Assembly (NCBI GenBank): GCA_046754245.1
Contig: JBHHVL010000007.1
Location: forward strand, 3,981 to 67,980
Direction: 5' to 3'
From: Candidatus Binatia bacterium
GTDB lineage: Bacteria; Desulfobacterota; Binatia; UBA1149
Length of the DNA stretch: 64,000 nt
The notes below the pieces were generated by a model that did not search any database, was not told the origin of the DNA, and saw only the letters and a program-made list of their open reading frames with translations. Made by a program: the position numbers and the translations under genes. Below are positions 32,573 through 42,942 of the stretch, piece by piece (position 1 is the stretch's first letter; the number at the start of each line of letters is the position of its first letter).

Positions 32573-33408
32573 GCGAACGGCTCGAGCTCCATGCTCAGGT
32601 CGGCCGCCGGCGCCGAGTGCGTAAGTCGGCCCACGGAAATATCGTCGGCACCGGCGAGGACGAATTCGCAGACGTTTTCCAACGACACCCCCCCCGATAC
32701 CTCGACGCGGGCCCGTCCGCGCACCAGGTCGACGGCCTCTCGCACCGACCTCGGTGAGAAGTTGTCAAGCAGAATCCGTTTCGCACCCAACGCCAAGGCC
32801 CGCTCGACTTGTTCCAGATCGTCGCACTCGACTTCCATCTCCACACCGGCGGGAGCTGTGGCCAGAGCCGCGTTTACCGCCGCCTCCAGGCCGCCGGCGG
32901 CGACCACGTGGTTGTCCTTGATGAGAATCGCGTCGTAGAGACCAAATCGGTGATTGTGGCCGCCGCCACACCGCACCGCGTACTTGTCGAGAACACGCCA
33001 GCCCGGCACGGTCTTGCGAGTATCTAGAACTCTGCACTCTGGATTGATCGCGTTGACCCGGTCGACGAACGACGCGGTCAGCGTTGCTATTCCGCAGAGC
33101 CGGGCGAGCAGGTTGAGCAGACACCGCTCGATGGTAAGAAGGGCGCGGGCCGTGCCCCGAACGGAGCAAAGAGGTTCGAGAAACCCGAGACGGGCGCCGT
33201 CTTGAGCAGCGCTAACCATCTGCAAAGACGCGGCTTCTTCCGCCTCCCTAACGCGAGCAACGAAGGCCGCGACCAGCGCGCCGAACAGCGGCGTCCCGGC
33301 GCAGACGATGGGCTCGCGCGCCAGAATTCTTGCCGACGCGTCGACCCCTGCCGCAACCGTGGCGAAGGTGGTGATATCGCCGTCGCCGACATCCTCGGCT
33401 ATCGCCAA
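32569..33408 (-). CDS. nadC: nicotinate-nucleotide pyrophosphorylase (carboxylating)
   Basis: ...LDTRKTVPGWR...HRFGLYDAILIKDNH...LDNF... Confidence 0.9.
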   Translation of the reverse strand: MAIAEDVGDGDITTFATVAAGVDASARILAREPIVCAGTPLFGALVAAFVARVREAEEAASLQMVSAAQDGARLGFLEPLCSVRGTARALLTIERCLLNLLARLCGIATLTASFVDRVNAINPECRVLDTRKTVPGWRVLDKYAVRCGGGHNHRFGLYDAILIKDNHVVAAGGLEAAVNAALATAPAGVEMEVECDDLEQVERALALGAKRILLDNFSPRSVREAVDLVRGRARVEVSGGVSLENVCEFVLAGADDISVGRLTHSAPAADLSMELEPFA

Positions 33409-33455
33409 GCCCAGCAGCTCCCGTAGGCCTGGGTCGGCAAGGGGGGGCTGCTTGC

Positions 33456-36086
33456 TCAGGGCTTCACCCCGAGGGCTTGCACCCTCTCCAGACTGCGCAG
33501 CAGTGTATCGCGTTCTCCACGAGCCGCCTCGGCTCTCGAGCGGTTTCTCTCGACCACCTCGGCCGGCGCGCGGTCAAGGAACGACCTGTTCGTCAACTTG
33601 CCATCCAGTTTTTTCAGCTCTCCCTCGACGCGACCAATTTCCTTGCTGAGGCGGGCAACCTCCGCGACTATATCGACGTGCTCGGCCACCGGAACGGACA
33701 GCTCACAACGCTGGGCGACCGTAGTAGCGCAACCCTCCGGCGGCTCGAAACCGTAATGCACGGTCGCCAGTTTCGCCAGCCTCACCAACAGCGGTTCGTT
33801 GTTGTGCACCACACGCGCCACCTCACCCGGAGCCACGTAGAGCTCGAGTTCCACCGACGGACCAATGTTCATCTCCGCCCGAACGTTACGCACCGCCCGG
33901 ATAACTTCGGTCAGCGTGGCCACCTCCTGATCGGCATCCGAATCAACCCAGCCCGCACCGGCTGGATCGGGCCACGGGGCGTGATTTATCAAACCGGCGT
34001 TTCTGCCCTCCTGGGGTAGTTGTTGCCAGAGTTCCTCGGTGACGAAAGGTATGAAGGGGTGCAGCACCCTCAGCAGGCTCTCGAATACGGCCGTGAGCGT
34101 GGCAAGGGTTTCTTGCCTATGAGGCATTCCCGCTACCAGTTCTACTTTTGCCATCTCGATGTACCAGTCACAGAACTCGTGCCACGTAAACTGGTAGAGG
34201 CGAGAAGCGGCTTCGTTGAACCGGTACTCGTTGAGGGCCGCGCTCACCCCGCTGACCACGTCGGCAAAACGGGACCGAATCCAACGGTTCGGGAGGAACG
34301 CGAGGCGCTCCGGCATCGCGCAGCTGCCGTGCGCTTCGTCGCGTTGGATTTCCGCGAAACGGGCGGCGTTCCATATCTTGTTTATGAAATTACGATACCC
34401 CACGATGCGCTCTTCGGACAAACGCACGTCTCGTCCCATAGCGGCAAACGCCGCCAGCGTGAACCTGAACGCATCCGCGCCGTACTTGTCGATGATCTCG
34501 AGGGGATCGATAACGTTGCCCTTCGACTTCGACATTTTCTGGCCCTGCTGGTCACGCACGAGGGCGTGTATGTAGACCTCGCGAAAAGGGGCCTCACCCA
34601 TGAACCGCAAGCCCATCATCATCATCCGAGCTACCCAGAAAAAAATGATGTCGAACCCCGTGACCAGTACGCTGGTAGGATAGAAGCGGCGCAGATCTTC
34701 GCTCTCCTCTGGCCACCCCATGGTCGTAAACGGCCACAGTGCGGACGAGAACCAGGTATCGAGAACGTCTTCATCCTGCTTGAGTCGGCCCTCGCAGCGC
34801 TTACAGACCCCCGGCTCTTCGCGACTCACCACGGTTCGATCGCAGCTGTCGCAGTACCACGCCGGTATTCGGTGGCCCCACCACAGCTGGCGAGAGATGC
34901 ACCACGGTCTAATGTTTTCCATCCACGCGCGGTAGGTCTTCTCCCAGTGGCTGGGGACGAATCGGGTACCTCCCTCATCGAGGACACGCAGGGTCTCGTC
35001 GGCCATCTCGCGTACCCGCAAGAACCACTGCAGCGAAAGCAAAGGCTCTACGACTTCATGGCAGCGATAGCAGCTGCCCACCGAGTGGCGGTATTCCTCC
35101 GTTCTCTCGAGGGTGCCGTCGGCGGCGAATCTAGCCACCAACGACGCCCTGCACTCTTGGGTGCTCAACCCCGCGTACTCGCCGGCTTCCGGCGACATCG
35201 TCGCGTCGGGGTTCATGACCGAGATCATTTGCAGCGCGTGCCTCTGACCCATTTCAAAATCGTTGGGATCGTGACCGGGCGTAATCTTTACCGCACCGGA
35301 TCCGAACGCCATGTCGACGTAGGCGTCGGCGATGATCGGGATCAAACGCCCGACGACCGGCAACACGACGTTCTTGCCGACCAAGGCGCGGTAACGCTCG
35401 TCGCCGGGATTCACGGCGACCGCGGTATCCCCGAGCATGGTCTCGGGCCTGGTCGTGGCCACCGAAATGCTGCCGCTCCCGTCTTCGAGCGGATAGCGGA
35501 GGTGCCAGAGGTGGCCCGCCTTCTCTTCGTGCTCTACCTCGATATCGGAAAGCGCCGTCCCACAGCGCGGACACCAGTTTATGAGGTAGCGGTCCCGGGT
35601 GATGAGGCCTTCTTCGTAGAGCGACACGAACACCTCGCGCACGGCCTTCGAAAGGCCCTCGTCCATCGTAAAGCGTTCGCGGTTCCAGTCACACGACACC
35701 CCCAGGCGCCTTAGCTGCTCGGTGATCGTCCCGCCGGATTCGCTCCTCCAGCGCCAGACCCGCTCGACGAAAGCTTCCCTGCCGAGGTCGTCACGCGTGC
35801 GACCTTCGGCAAGCAGCTGGCGTTCCACGACGTTTTGAGTCGCTATGCCCGCGTGATCGGTACCCGGGACCCAGAGCACCGCCTTTCCCAGCATGCGCTG
35901 ATAGCGGCACAGGATGTCCTGCAGCGTGTTGTTCAGCGCGTGGCCCATGTGAAGAGAGCCGGTAATATTGGGCGGTGGTATGACGATCGAGAAGGGTTCG
36001 CCGGTCTCCGCCGGCGCGAAGCCCCCCCCCTCGACCCAGGTCTGGTACCAGCGCTGCTCGAATTGCTTTGGATCGTACCCCGCCAC
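33456..36086 (-). CDS. valS: valine--tRNA ligase
   Basis: 876 aa with HIGH (PPPNITGSLHMGHA) and KMSKS motifs and a C-terminal coiled coil. Confidence 0.95.
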   Translation of the reverse strand: MAGYDPKQFEQRWYQTWVEGGGFAPAETGEPFSIVIPPPNITGSLHMGHALNNTLQDILCRYQRMLGKAVLWVPGTDHAGIATQNVVERQLLAEGRTRDDLGREAFVERVWRWRSESGGTITEQLRRLGVSCDWNRERFTMDEGLSKAVREVFVSLYEEGLITRDRYLINWCPRCGTALSDIEVEHEEKAGHLWHLRYPLEDGSGSISVATTRPETMLGDTAVAVNPGDERYRALVGKNVVLPVVGRLIPIIADAYVDMAFGSGAVKITPGHDPNDFEMGQRHALQMISVMNPDATMSPEAGEYAGLSTQECRASLVARFAADGTLERTEEYRHSVGSCYRCHEVVEPLLSLQWFLRVREMADETLRVLDEGGTRFVPSHWEKTYRAWMENIRPWCISRQLWWGHRIPAWYCDSCDRTVVSREEPGVCKRCEGRLKQDEDVLDTWFSSALWPFTTMGWPEESEDLRRFYPTSVLVTGFDIIFFWVARMMMMGLRFMGEAPFREVYIHALVRDQQGQKMSKSKGNVIDPLEIIDKYGADAFRFTLAAFAAMGRDVRLSEERIVGYRNFINKIWNAARFAEIQRDEAHGSCAMPERLAFLPNRWIRSRFADVVSGVSAALNEYRFNEAASRLYQFTWHEFCDWYIEMAKVELVAGMPHRQETLATLTAVFESLLRVLHPFIPFVTEELWQQLPQEGRNAGLINHAPWPDPAGAGWVDSDADQEVATLTEVIRAVRNVRAEMNIGPSVELELYVAPGEVARVVHNNEPLLVRLAKLATVHYGFEPPEGCATTVAQRCELSVPVAEHVDIVAEVARLSKEIGRVEGELKKLDGKLTNRSFLDRAPAEVVERNRSRAEAARGERDTLLRSLERVQALGVKP

Positions 36087-36215
36087 GGGATTTTTCGACT
36101 ATAACAGGGCCGTCAACCGTGCAAAGCCGGGCCCGGTTTGAGACACCGCCTCTAGCTGGGTAGAGTTCGCCTCGCCAGCGCTTCCCGCCGGGAGCGCGCA
36201 TATAGCTATGGGAGG

Positions 36216-36686
36216 ATGGTAATGAGCGAACGGCCGTTCAGGGTGCTCGGTATACAGCAAATCGCGGTGGGAGCGCTGGACAAGGGCGCGTTGAGGAAGC
36301 TGTGGGTAGACACGCTAGGCCTGACGGTGACGGGTCAGTTCAGGAGCGAAAAGGAGAACGTGGACGAAGACATAGCGGTCGCCGGTTGCGGACCTCTCAG
36401 CGTGGAAGTCGACCTCATGCAACCGATCGATCCCGACAAACGGCCCGCCGTTCACCTGCCCCCTCTCAACCACGTCGGCCTGTGGATCGACGACTTGCCG
36501 GCGGCGGTCGAGTGGCTGAGAGCCAGTGGAGTTCGTTTCGCCCCGGGAGGAATTCGCAAGGGCGCCGCGGGTTACGACGTGTGCTTCATCCATCCCAAGG
36601 GCAACGAGGACGCGCCGATAGGCGGAGAAGGCGTACTGCTCGAGCTGGTACAGGCGCCGGCCGACGTCGTAGAAGCACTGGGTTGA
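36216..36686 (+). CDS. VOC-family protein (glyoxalase / methylmalonyl-CoA epimerase-like)
   Basis: 156 aa. ...[25 protein letters not shown]... glyoxalase fold. Confidence 0.65.
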   Translation: MVMSERPFRVLGIQQIAVGALDKGALRKLWVDTLGLTVTGQFRSEKENVDEDIAVAGCGPLSVEVDLMQPIDPDKRPAVHLPPLNHVGLWIDDLPAAVEWLRASGVRFAPGGIRKGAAGYDVCFIHPKGNEDAPIGGEGVLLELVQAPADVVEALG

Positions 36687-36736
36687 ACGCGCCCGAGACC
36701 GAAGGGAGCCAGGCGTCGCGCCGGCGCCGAGCCGAA

Positions 36737-36823
36737 TGGTGCGAAAGGGGGGACTTGAACCCCCACGACCTTGCGGCCACAGGAACCTGAATCCTGCGCG
36801 TCTACCAATTCCGCCACTTTCGC
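36737..36823 (-). tRNA. tRNA-Leu (anticodon CAG)
   Basis: Reverse complement reads GCGAAAGTGGCGGAATTGGTAGACGCGCAGGATTCAGGTTCCTGTGGCCGCAAGGTCGTGGGGGTTCAAGTCCCCCCTTTCGCACCA. It has a 7-bp acceptor stem, a CAGGA/TCCTG anticodon stem with loop TTCAGGT, a long variable arm, the T-loop motif GTTCAAGTC, and an encoded CCA. Confidence 0.9.
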
Positions 36824-36883
36824 CCGATCGGAAGCGGCGAGATTCTACAGCAACTCGGGCCGTCCGCAAGCCACAAGGAAAAT

Positions 36884-37600
36884 TTAGACAGCGGTCTGTC
36901 GAAGAACGCTCGCGCAGGTAGCGGGAAGCTCCCGCAAGGCCTTGAGCACCACCCGCAGCATGAGGCCGGTCGCCCTACCGCTGCGGCGGGGAAAGTGCTT
37001 AACGCCGACCTCGACGTGGGTCGCGCCGCGACGTTTCGCGGCTGCCAATAGCTCCGCGCTGATGAGCGCACCCGTGGAACGAAGCCGCAGGTCCGCGATT
37101 ACCCTACGCGATATTAGCTTGAATCCGCAGTTTACATCCCTGAGCCGGACCCCGAAAAACAGGGGTACCACGGCGTGGTTGTAGATCCACCCAGCGACCC
37201 GTCGATGGAGAGGGTCCTTCCTGGGATCACGGTACCCGAGCACCATGTCTGCGTCGTGTCGGCGCCGCCAGATGGCCTGGAACTGGTCCATCTGAAACTG
37301 CCCGTCACCATCACTCACCAAGACGTGGGTCCCGGTCGCGGCGGCCATGCCACTGCGCAGGGCAGCTCCGTATCCTCGGTTGCAGTTGTGGGTCAGGACC
37401 CGAACTCGACGGTTCGCCGCCCGCAGCTCCTCGAGGATGCGCCCGGTGCTGTCGTCACTACCGTCGTTGACGACGTTGATTTCAAAATCGATGGCGGAAG
37501 CGTCCAACGATCGCACCGCATTTTCCAGCACTTCCGCGATGTTACCGGCTTCGTTGTAGGCCGGAACAACCACCGAAAGCTCGCGCTCCTCCTCGACCAT
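36884..37600 (-). CDS. family-2 glycosyltransferase (DPM1 / polyprenol-phosphate glycosyltransferase-like)
   Basis: MVEEERELSVVVPAYNEAGN...NDGSDDST...SDGDGQ... True start is the internal ATG at 37600; the upstream ORF-track extension is spurious. Confidence 0.8.
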   Translation of the reverse strand: MVEEERELSVVVPAYNEAGNIAEVLENAVRSLDASAIDFEINVVNDGSDDSTGRILEELRAANRRVRVLTHNCNRGYGAALRSGMAAATGTHVLVSDGDGQFQMDQFQAIWRRRHDADMVLGYRDPRKDPLHRRVAGWIYNHAVVPLFFGVRLRDVNCGFKLISRRVIADLRLRSTGALISAELLAAAKRRGATHVEVGVKHFPRRSGRATGLMLRVVLKALRELPATCASVLRQTAV

Positions 37601-37636
37601 CTTCCGCTTCCCCACCCCTAAGCTGCTACAATACCC

Positions 37637-38263
37637 TTGCCGGAGACAAGCGTGGCTGCCCGTTCGAAAACAGTACTTCTGAAGTACAAACACCGCACGT
37701 CCGTCTGGACCGCCGCCATCCTCCTGGCCTCGTTGGTTACGACATTTGGCATCACTACTCTCGTTCTCGTCTACATGCACCCGTGGACCGACGCCTTGCT
37801 CTCCCACATACCGATGTTTGGCCCGGCGACGAGTCTGGCGGCCGATCCGTCGCTACTAGCCCAGATGCGTACCAGCGGCGGAAGCGCCTACGCCACCACC
37901 ATCAACGACCGCAAGCACGCGCTCGTACTCGCGGCATCCGTCACCAACGACTCCCTGGTACCGGTTACCAACATCGTCCTCGGAGCCGAAGCGTGGATAG
38001 GGGGACGCTCGATTGCCAGTGCGACCGAACTCTGCGGAAAAGTCGTCCCAGCACGGCTGATACGACGCCTTTCTACCGAGGACCTCAAGGTATTGGCCGA
38101 GCTGCCCCCTCCGCCGTCGTTTTCCCTGCTCCCCGGGCAGAGCGCGGACTGTCAGGTAACGTTTCGGCGGGCCCAAGAAGAGATCGAAGAAGTCAGTTTC
38201 AGGATTGTTTCGGTGGAACCTCTCCCGGGCCATCTTCCCCCGCGCTTTCACTATCCGGAGTGA
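37637..38263 (+). CDS. hypothetical single-pass membrane protein
   Basis: One N-terminal transmembrane helix ([23 protein letters not shown]). No recognisable family. Its 3' end converges on tatA and overlaps it by about 65 nt. Only 36 bp separate it from the divergent GT2 start. Confidence 0.4.
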   Translation: MPETSVAARSKTVLLKYKHRTSVWTAAILLASLVTTFGITTLVLVYMHPWTDALLSHIPMFGPATSLAADPSLLAQMRTSGGSAYATTINDRKHALVLAASVTNDSLVPVTNIVLGAEAWIGGRSIASATELCGKVVPARLIRRLSTEDLKVLAELPPPPSFSLLPGQSADCQVTFRRAQEEIEEVSFRIVSVEPLPGHLPPRFHYPE

Positions 38264-38414
38264 CGTCTATTTCGTCGGGTGCTTTGGTCGCGCGTCTGAA
38301 ATTTTTTATCCCGCGCCCCAGCCCCTCGCCGATTTCCGGAAGTTTGCCAGCACCGAAGATGATCAGGATTATCACGAGGATGATGATAAGTTCGGTTACG
38401 CCGAGTCCAAACAT
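38199..38414 (-). CDS. tatA: twin-arginine translocase subunit TatA/E
   Basis: [42 protein letters not shown] is a canonical TatA. Confidence 0.9.
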   Translation of the reverse strand: MFGLGVTELIIILVIILIIFGAGKLPEIGEGLGRGIKNFRRATKAPDEIDVTPDSESAGEDGPGEVPPKQS

Positions 38415-38620
38415 AGCTTACTCCCGAAGCCCCTAGATCATACGCCAAAGTTCCGCCAACGGACAACCGCGCACACTCCTAGCCCGTCGAAAAAGTCCAT
38501 GTAGCAGGCCGTTCAGAAAGGTCCAAATGCAAGGCGGGCGCGTAAACCCGCGAACGGAGGCGTACTTTGGCGGTACGTCGGCGTGAGCGGGCAGCGCCCA
38601 ACGCAGCAGATGGGCCTTTT

Positions 38621-40069
38621 TCAACGGCCCGCTAGGTCGGCCCGCCACACCAGGACCGGGTGGCGGGCGGCTCTGGTCTCGTCGAGCCGCGAAACCGGGG
38701 TGCATCGTGGCGCGTTCCGTAGCCTGTCTGGGTCCTTCTTGCAGGTCTCGGCGATCTCGCGCATCGCGCGAACGAATTCATCCAGGGTCTCGAGATTCTC
38801 GCTCTCGGTAGGCTCCACCATAAGTGCCCCCTCCACTACCAGCGGGAAGTATATGGTGGGCGCATGAAACCCGTAGTCGAGGAGACTCTTGGCGATGTCC
38901 AGGGTCTTTACGCCCTGGGCGTTCTGCAGGCGATCCGAAAAAACCACCTCGTGCATACAGGTCCCCTCGTAGGGCAGATGGAAATCCTCGCAGAGCTCCG
39001 CTCGGAGATAGTTGGCCGCGAGGACGGCCATCCTCGTAACCTCGGCAAGCCCGCCCGCGCCGCAGGCGAGCAGGTAGGCGAAGGCCCTGACCAGGACCCC
39101 GAAGTTGCCGTAAAACGAGCGGACCCGACCGACGCTATCCGGTCTGTCATAGTCCCACTCGAAGCCATCGGCGCCGTCCCTGATACGTGGAACCGGCAGA
39201 AAGGGTGCGAGATCGGCTCGCACTGCGACCGGGCCAGCACCGGGACCACCACCTCCGTGCGGCGTCGAGAAGGTCTTGTGCAGGTTGAAGTGCAAGACGT
39301 CGACGCCCATATGGGCGGGCTTGGCCACGCCGAGCAACGCGTTCATGTTGGCACCGTCCATGTAGACGAGCGCGCCGGCGTCGTGAACCAGCGAGGCGAT
39401 CTGCTCGATTTCGGCTTCGAACAAGCCCAGGGTGTTGGGATTGGTCACCATCAGAGCCGCGACCTCCTCGTCGATGAGTTCGCGTACAGCCTCGGTGGTC
39501 ATGAGACCGGAGTCGTCGATCGGAACCGTAACGCAGTCGTAACCGCACAAAGCGGCGCTCGCCGGGTTGGTACCGTGGGCCGAAGCGGGAATGAGCACCT
39601 TGCGGCGCGGGTCACCCTGCTTTTGGTGCCACGCACGCACGATCTTGAGACCCGTGAGCTCTCCCTGTGCCCCGGCAGCGGGCTGAAGAGAAACCGCGTC
39701 CAAGCCGCTGATCTCGCAGAGCCAGCTCTCAAGTTCCACCATCAGACGAAGATTTCCCTGGGCGGTCTCAGTGGGAGCGTAGGGATGTATACCGACTATT
39801 CCTTCCAGTGACGCTACGGCGTCGTCGGCAACGGGGTTGTACTTCATCGTGCAAGACCCCAACGGGTAGAAATTCATGGCGGCCGAATAGTTCAGGTGGG
39901 ACAGACGCAGGTAGTGCCGTATCACCTCTGGTTCGCTGAGCTCGGGAAAGCCGGCGAGATCCCCCCTGAGCAGGTTCTCGTCGAGGTCGAGCGGGCCCAC
40001 AGAAGGCAGATCCACGGCGTGGCGACCCCGGCACCCCTTGTCAAATATGCACGCTTCGGTGTCCCTCAC
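38621..40069 (-). CDS. gcvPB: glycine dehydrogenase (decarboxylating) subunit 2
   Basis: ...FYPLGSCTMKYNP...NLHKTF... PLP-lysine region. GTG start overlaps the gcvPA stop as GTGA. Confidence 0.9.
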   Translation of the reverse strand: MRDTEACIFDKGCRGRHAVDLPSVGPLDLDENLLRGDLAGFPELSEPEVIRHYLRLSHLNYSAAMNFYPLGSCTMKYNPVADDAVASLEGIVGIHPYAPTETAQGNLRLMVELESWLCEISGLDAVSLQPAAGAQGELTGLKIVRAWHQKQGDPRRKVLIPASAHGTNPASAALCGYDCVTVPIDDSGLMTTEAVRELIDEEVAALMVTNPNTLGLFEAEIEQIASLVHDAGALVYMDGANMNALLGVAKPAHMGVDVLHFNLHKTFSTPHGGGGPGAGPVAVRADLAPFLPVPRIRDGADGFEWDYDRPDSVGRVRSFYGNFGVLVRAFAYLLACGAGGLAEVTRMAVLAANYLRAELCEDFHLPYEGTCMHEVVFSDRLQNAQGVKTLDIAKSLLDYGFHAPTIYFPLVVEGALMVEPTESENLETLDEFVRAMREIAETCKKDPDRLRNAPRCTPVSRLDETRAARHPVLVWRADLAGR

Positions 40070-41418
40070 CGCGCCGCTCGTTTCAGCTCTTCGATGAGCG
40101 CATCGAAATCCGAGTCGCTGTTGCACTCGGTAACGCTGATCAGCATCCGATCCTCGGGGCAGCGCTGGTCCGCCTCCGCGAGAGCGGCTAGCCGAACCCC
40201 GGGAACGATGCCCCTGCTGACCGAGTCTTCGAACCAGCCTTGACCGCCGACGTCTACGGCAAACTCGTTGAAGAACGGCCCCGAGAACGCGGGCTCAAGA
40301 CCCACCTCCACCGACAGTCGTGACGCGAGTTGGTGGGCCCTTGCGGCGTTGAGTTCGGCAAGTTGACGCAGCCCGCACCTCCCCGCAAGACCGAGGTAAA
40401 CGGTAACGGCGAGTGCCGCGAGCCCCTGGTTCGTGCAGATGTTGGAAGTGGCCCTGTCCCGGCGTATGTGCTGCTCCCGCGTAGACAGCGTCAAGACGTA
40501 GCCGCGCCTTCCGTCTTCGTCCACGGTCTCTCCGACCAAGCGCCCGGGCATCTGCCTGATGTACTCCCCGCGAACCGCGAACAGACCCACCCCCGGACCG
40601 CCCCAAGACAGCGGCAGGCCAAAGCTCTGGCCCTCGGCTACCGCCACCTCGGCACCGCAGCTACCAGGCGAACGCAGAAGCGCCAAGGCCAGGGCTTCCT
40701 GGGTGACGCTGATGGAGAGAGCGCCGCAGCCTTTCGCGAGCTTCGATACGCCGCTGAGGTCGTCGATGACGCCGTAGAAATTCGGGTAGCCCGTACACAC
40801 CGCCGCCACGTCCTCGCTCAAGAGTCCTTCGAGTCGGCCCAGATCCGTGCGACCATCGGCCGCCAGCGGAACCAGAACCACCCTTCCCCGACCATACCCC
40901 TCGATATAGGTTCGGACCACGGCGATATACTCGGGATGGACACCCGCCGAAACGAGCACCAGGTCGCGTTTAGGGCCAACCCTGAGCGACAACAGCACCG
41001 CTTCTGCCAGAGCCGAAGCACCGTCGTAGAGGCTCACGTTGGCAAGATCCAGCCCCGTCAAGATCGCCACGTAGGTCTGGAATTCGAAGCCAGCCAGAAG
41101 GGTGCCCTGGCTGACCTCGGCTTGGTAAGGCGTGTACGCGGTAGCAAACTCTGACCGCGAGAGAACGCGATCGACCGCCGCCGGGATAAAGTGGCGGTAG
41201 CACCCCGCCCCCTGGAAGGATCGAAGCCGGTGATTCTCCGCCGCGATGGTTCGCATGCGCTCGACCATCTCCTGTTCGCTCAGACCTCTGGGAAGATTCA
41301 AGGAGGCGCGGCGCCGTAAACCATCGGGAACAACCGACAGGATATCGTCGACGCTTTCGACACCGACGCGTGCGAGCATCGCTTCCACGTCGGCCGGCGT
41401 GTGGGGGTTGAAACGCAT
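40066..41418 (-). CDS. gcvPA: glycine dehydrogenase (decarboxylating) subunit 1
   Basis: MRFNPHTPADVEAML... is collinear with GcvPA. Confidence 0.9.
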   Translation of the reverse strand: MRFNPHTPADVEAMLARVGVESVDDILSVVPDGLRRRASLNLPRGLSEQEMVERMRTIAAENHRLRSFQGAGCYRHFIPAAVDRVLSRSEFATAYTPYQAEVSQGTLLAGFEFQTYVAILTGLDLANVSLYDGASALAEAVLLSLRVGPKRDLVLVSAGVHPEYIAVVRTYIEGYGRGRVVLVPLAADGRTDLGRLEGLLSEDVAAVCTGYPNFYGVIDDLSGVSKLAKGCGALSISVTQEALALALLRSPGSCGAEVAVAEGQSFGLPLSWGGPGVGLFAVRGEYIRQMPGRLVGETVDEDGRRGYVLTLSTREQHIRRDRATSNICTNQGLAALAVTVYLGLAGRCGLRQLAELNAARAHQLASRLSVEVGLEPAFSGPFFNEFAVDVGGQGWFEDSVSRGIVPGVRLAALAEADQRCPEDRMLISVTECNSDSDFDALIEELKRAAR

Positions 41419-41431
41419 GGACGGGGGCCGG

Positions 41432-41824
41432 TCAGGTCAGCTCATCGACAAACGCCCTGTAGGACTCTACGTCCATGAGTTCGTCAAGAAAGTCTTCTTC
41501 CGCAGGTTCTATCCTCACCAACCATCCGTCGCCGTAGGGATCTTCGTTGAGTACTTCCGGCGTAAGGGGAAGTTCGCTATTCACCTCCACGACCTTTCCA
41601 GCGACCGGACAGTAGATGTCAGAAACCGCTTTGACGGATTCCACCTCGGCAAAGGGCTCGTCCTTGTCGACGTACTCCTCACTCGGCTCCGGTAGCTGGA
41701 CGAAGACAATGTCGCCCAACTGGTCCTGGGCGTAATCGGTAATTCCGGTAACGACGCTGCCGTCTTTTTCCAACCTCACCCACTCGTGTTCTTTCGTGTA
41801 CCGAAGGTTCTCGGGGAAATCCAT
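41432..41824 (-). CDS. gcvH: glycine cleavage system H protein
   Basis: ...FAEVESVKAVSDIYCPVAGKV... with the lipoyl-lysine motif. Confidence 0.95.
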   Translation of the reverse strand: MDFPENLRYTKEHEWVRLEKDGSVVTGITDYAQDQLGDIVFVQLPEPSEEYVDKDEPFAEVESVKAVSDIYCPVAGKVVEVNSELPLTPEVLNEDPYGDGWLVRIEPAEEDFLDELMDVESYRAFVDELT

Positions 41825-41847
41825 TTCAACCCCTCCGTATGGTCGTG

Positions 41848-42942
41848 TCAGCGCTGCCTAACATAAAACGGGATGCCCGTCACCTGCGCGGTCCGGATTC
41901 GTCCCCGTATGTTGACGCTCAAACCAGCGCCGGGGGCATCGGATGATACCAGCGCCAACGCCAGAGACTTCCCCAGTGTAGGACAGTGCGAACCGCTCGT
42001 AACGGTGCCCACCTCGCCCTCCTCGGTGGCCACCGCGTATCCGCTCCTCGCTATGCCGCCTTCGATGACCAACCCGACGAGCTTGCGGGCGATGCGACGC
42101 GACGCCTTTTCGAGCGCCTCGTAGCCTACCATCTCTGGTCTGTTGAGTTTTACCACCCACCGCAGCCCCGCCTCAAAAGGCGTGATGTCTTCGCCGAGCT
42201 CGTGACCGTACAGTGGCAGGGCCGCCTCGAGTCTCAGGGTATCGCGGGCGCCCAGGCCAACGGGCTTGAGTCCGCGCTCCGAACCGGCAGCGAGCAGCAA
42301 ACGCCAGAGCTCCACAGCACGTGGAGCAGCCACGAAACACTCGAAACCATCTTCACCAGTGTAACCGGTACGCGCCAACAGGACGTCGATGCCCTCGATA
42401 CTCCCCAGAACGAAAGAAAAACGCGCGAGGTCTTCCGCCTCGCTCAACAGGGCACGTACTATGGATACAGCTACGGGTCCTTGAACAGCGATCAGGCCGT
42501 AATCATCGCTCCTGTCAGCGACCACGCAGTCGCCTTCGAAATGTTCGAGTATCCACCTGTAATCACGAGCGGCGTTGGCAGCGTTGACGCACACCAGAAA
42601 GCTCTCGGTATCGAGCCGATAGACGATCACGTCATCGACGACGCCGCCCTCCGCGTTGCACATCATGCTGTACTGCGCCTGCCCCGGTCTGATCGCAGCG
42701 GCGTCGTTGACAAAGATCCGCCGACAGCATGCCTCCGCGTCCTTGCCGTTGATCTCGATCTCGCCCATGTGGCTTACGTCGAACAGCCCGGCCGCTGATC
42801 GCACCGTGCGGTGCTCATCTAGGATGCCCGAATATTGCACGGGCATTTCCCAGCCGCCGAAGTCAACCATCCGCGCCCCGAGCGCACGGTGTTCGTCATA
42901 AAGCACGGTACGCCTCGAACGTCCCGCCTCCGAGCTCACGAC
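41848..42942 (-). CDS. gcvT: aminomethyltransferase (glycine cleavage T protein)
   Basis: ...TVLYDEHRALGARMVDFGGWEMPVQY... GTG start overlaps the folD stop as GTGA; the longer ORF-track N-terminus is spurious. Confidence 0.9.
   Translation of the reverse strand, partial: VVSSEAGRSRRTVLYDEHRALGARMVDFGGWEMPVQYSGILDEHRTVRSAAGLFDVSHMGEIEINGKDAEACCRRIFVNDAAAIRPGQAQYSMMCNAEGGVVDDVIVYRLDTESFLVCVNAANAARDYRWILEHFEGDCVVADRSDDYGLIAVQGPVAVSIVRALLSEAEDLARFSFVLGSIEGIDVLLARTGYTGEDGFECFVAAPRAVELWRLLLAAGSERGLKPVGLGARDTLRLEAALPLYGHELGEDITPFEAGLRWVVKLNRPEMVGYEALEKASRRIARKLVGLVIEGGIARSGYAVATEEGEVGTVTSGSHCPTLGKSLALALVSSDAPGAGLSVNIRGRIRTAQVTGIPFYVRQR

Noticed and set aside
36737-36823. Genomic island integrated at tRNA-Leu
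   Set aside because: The flanks are ordinary housekeeping genes (valS, VOC, GT2). There is no integrase, no direct repeat of the tRNA 3' end, and no compositional shift.
38415-38620. Glycine riboswitch or terminator between gcvPB and tatA
   Set aside because: The position is downstream of the gcv operon, which is the wrong side for a gcv riboswitch. The GGGCC-TTTTTCAAC-GGCCC hairpin has its T-run inside the loop, so at best it is a weak terminator.
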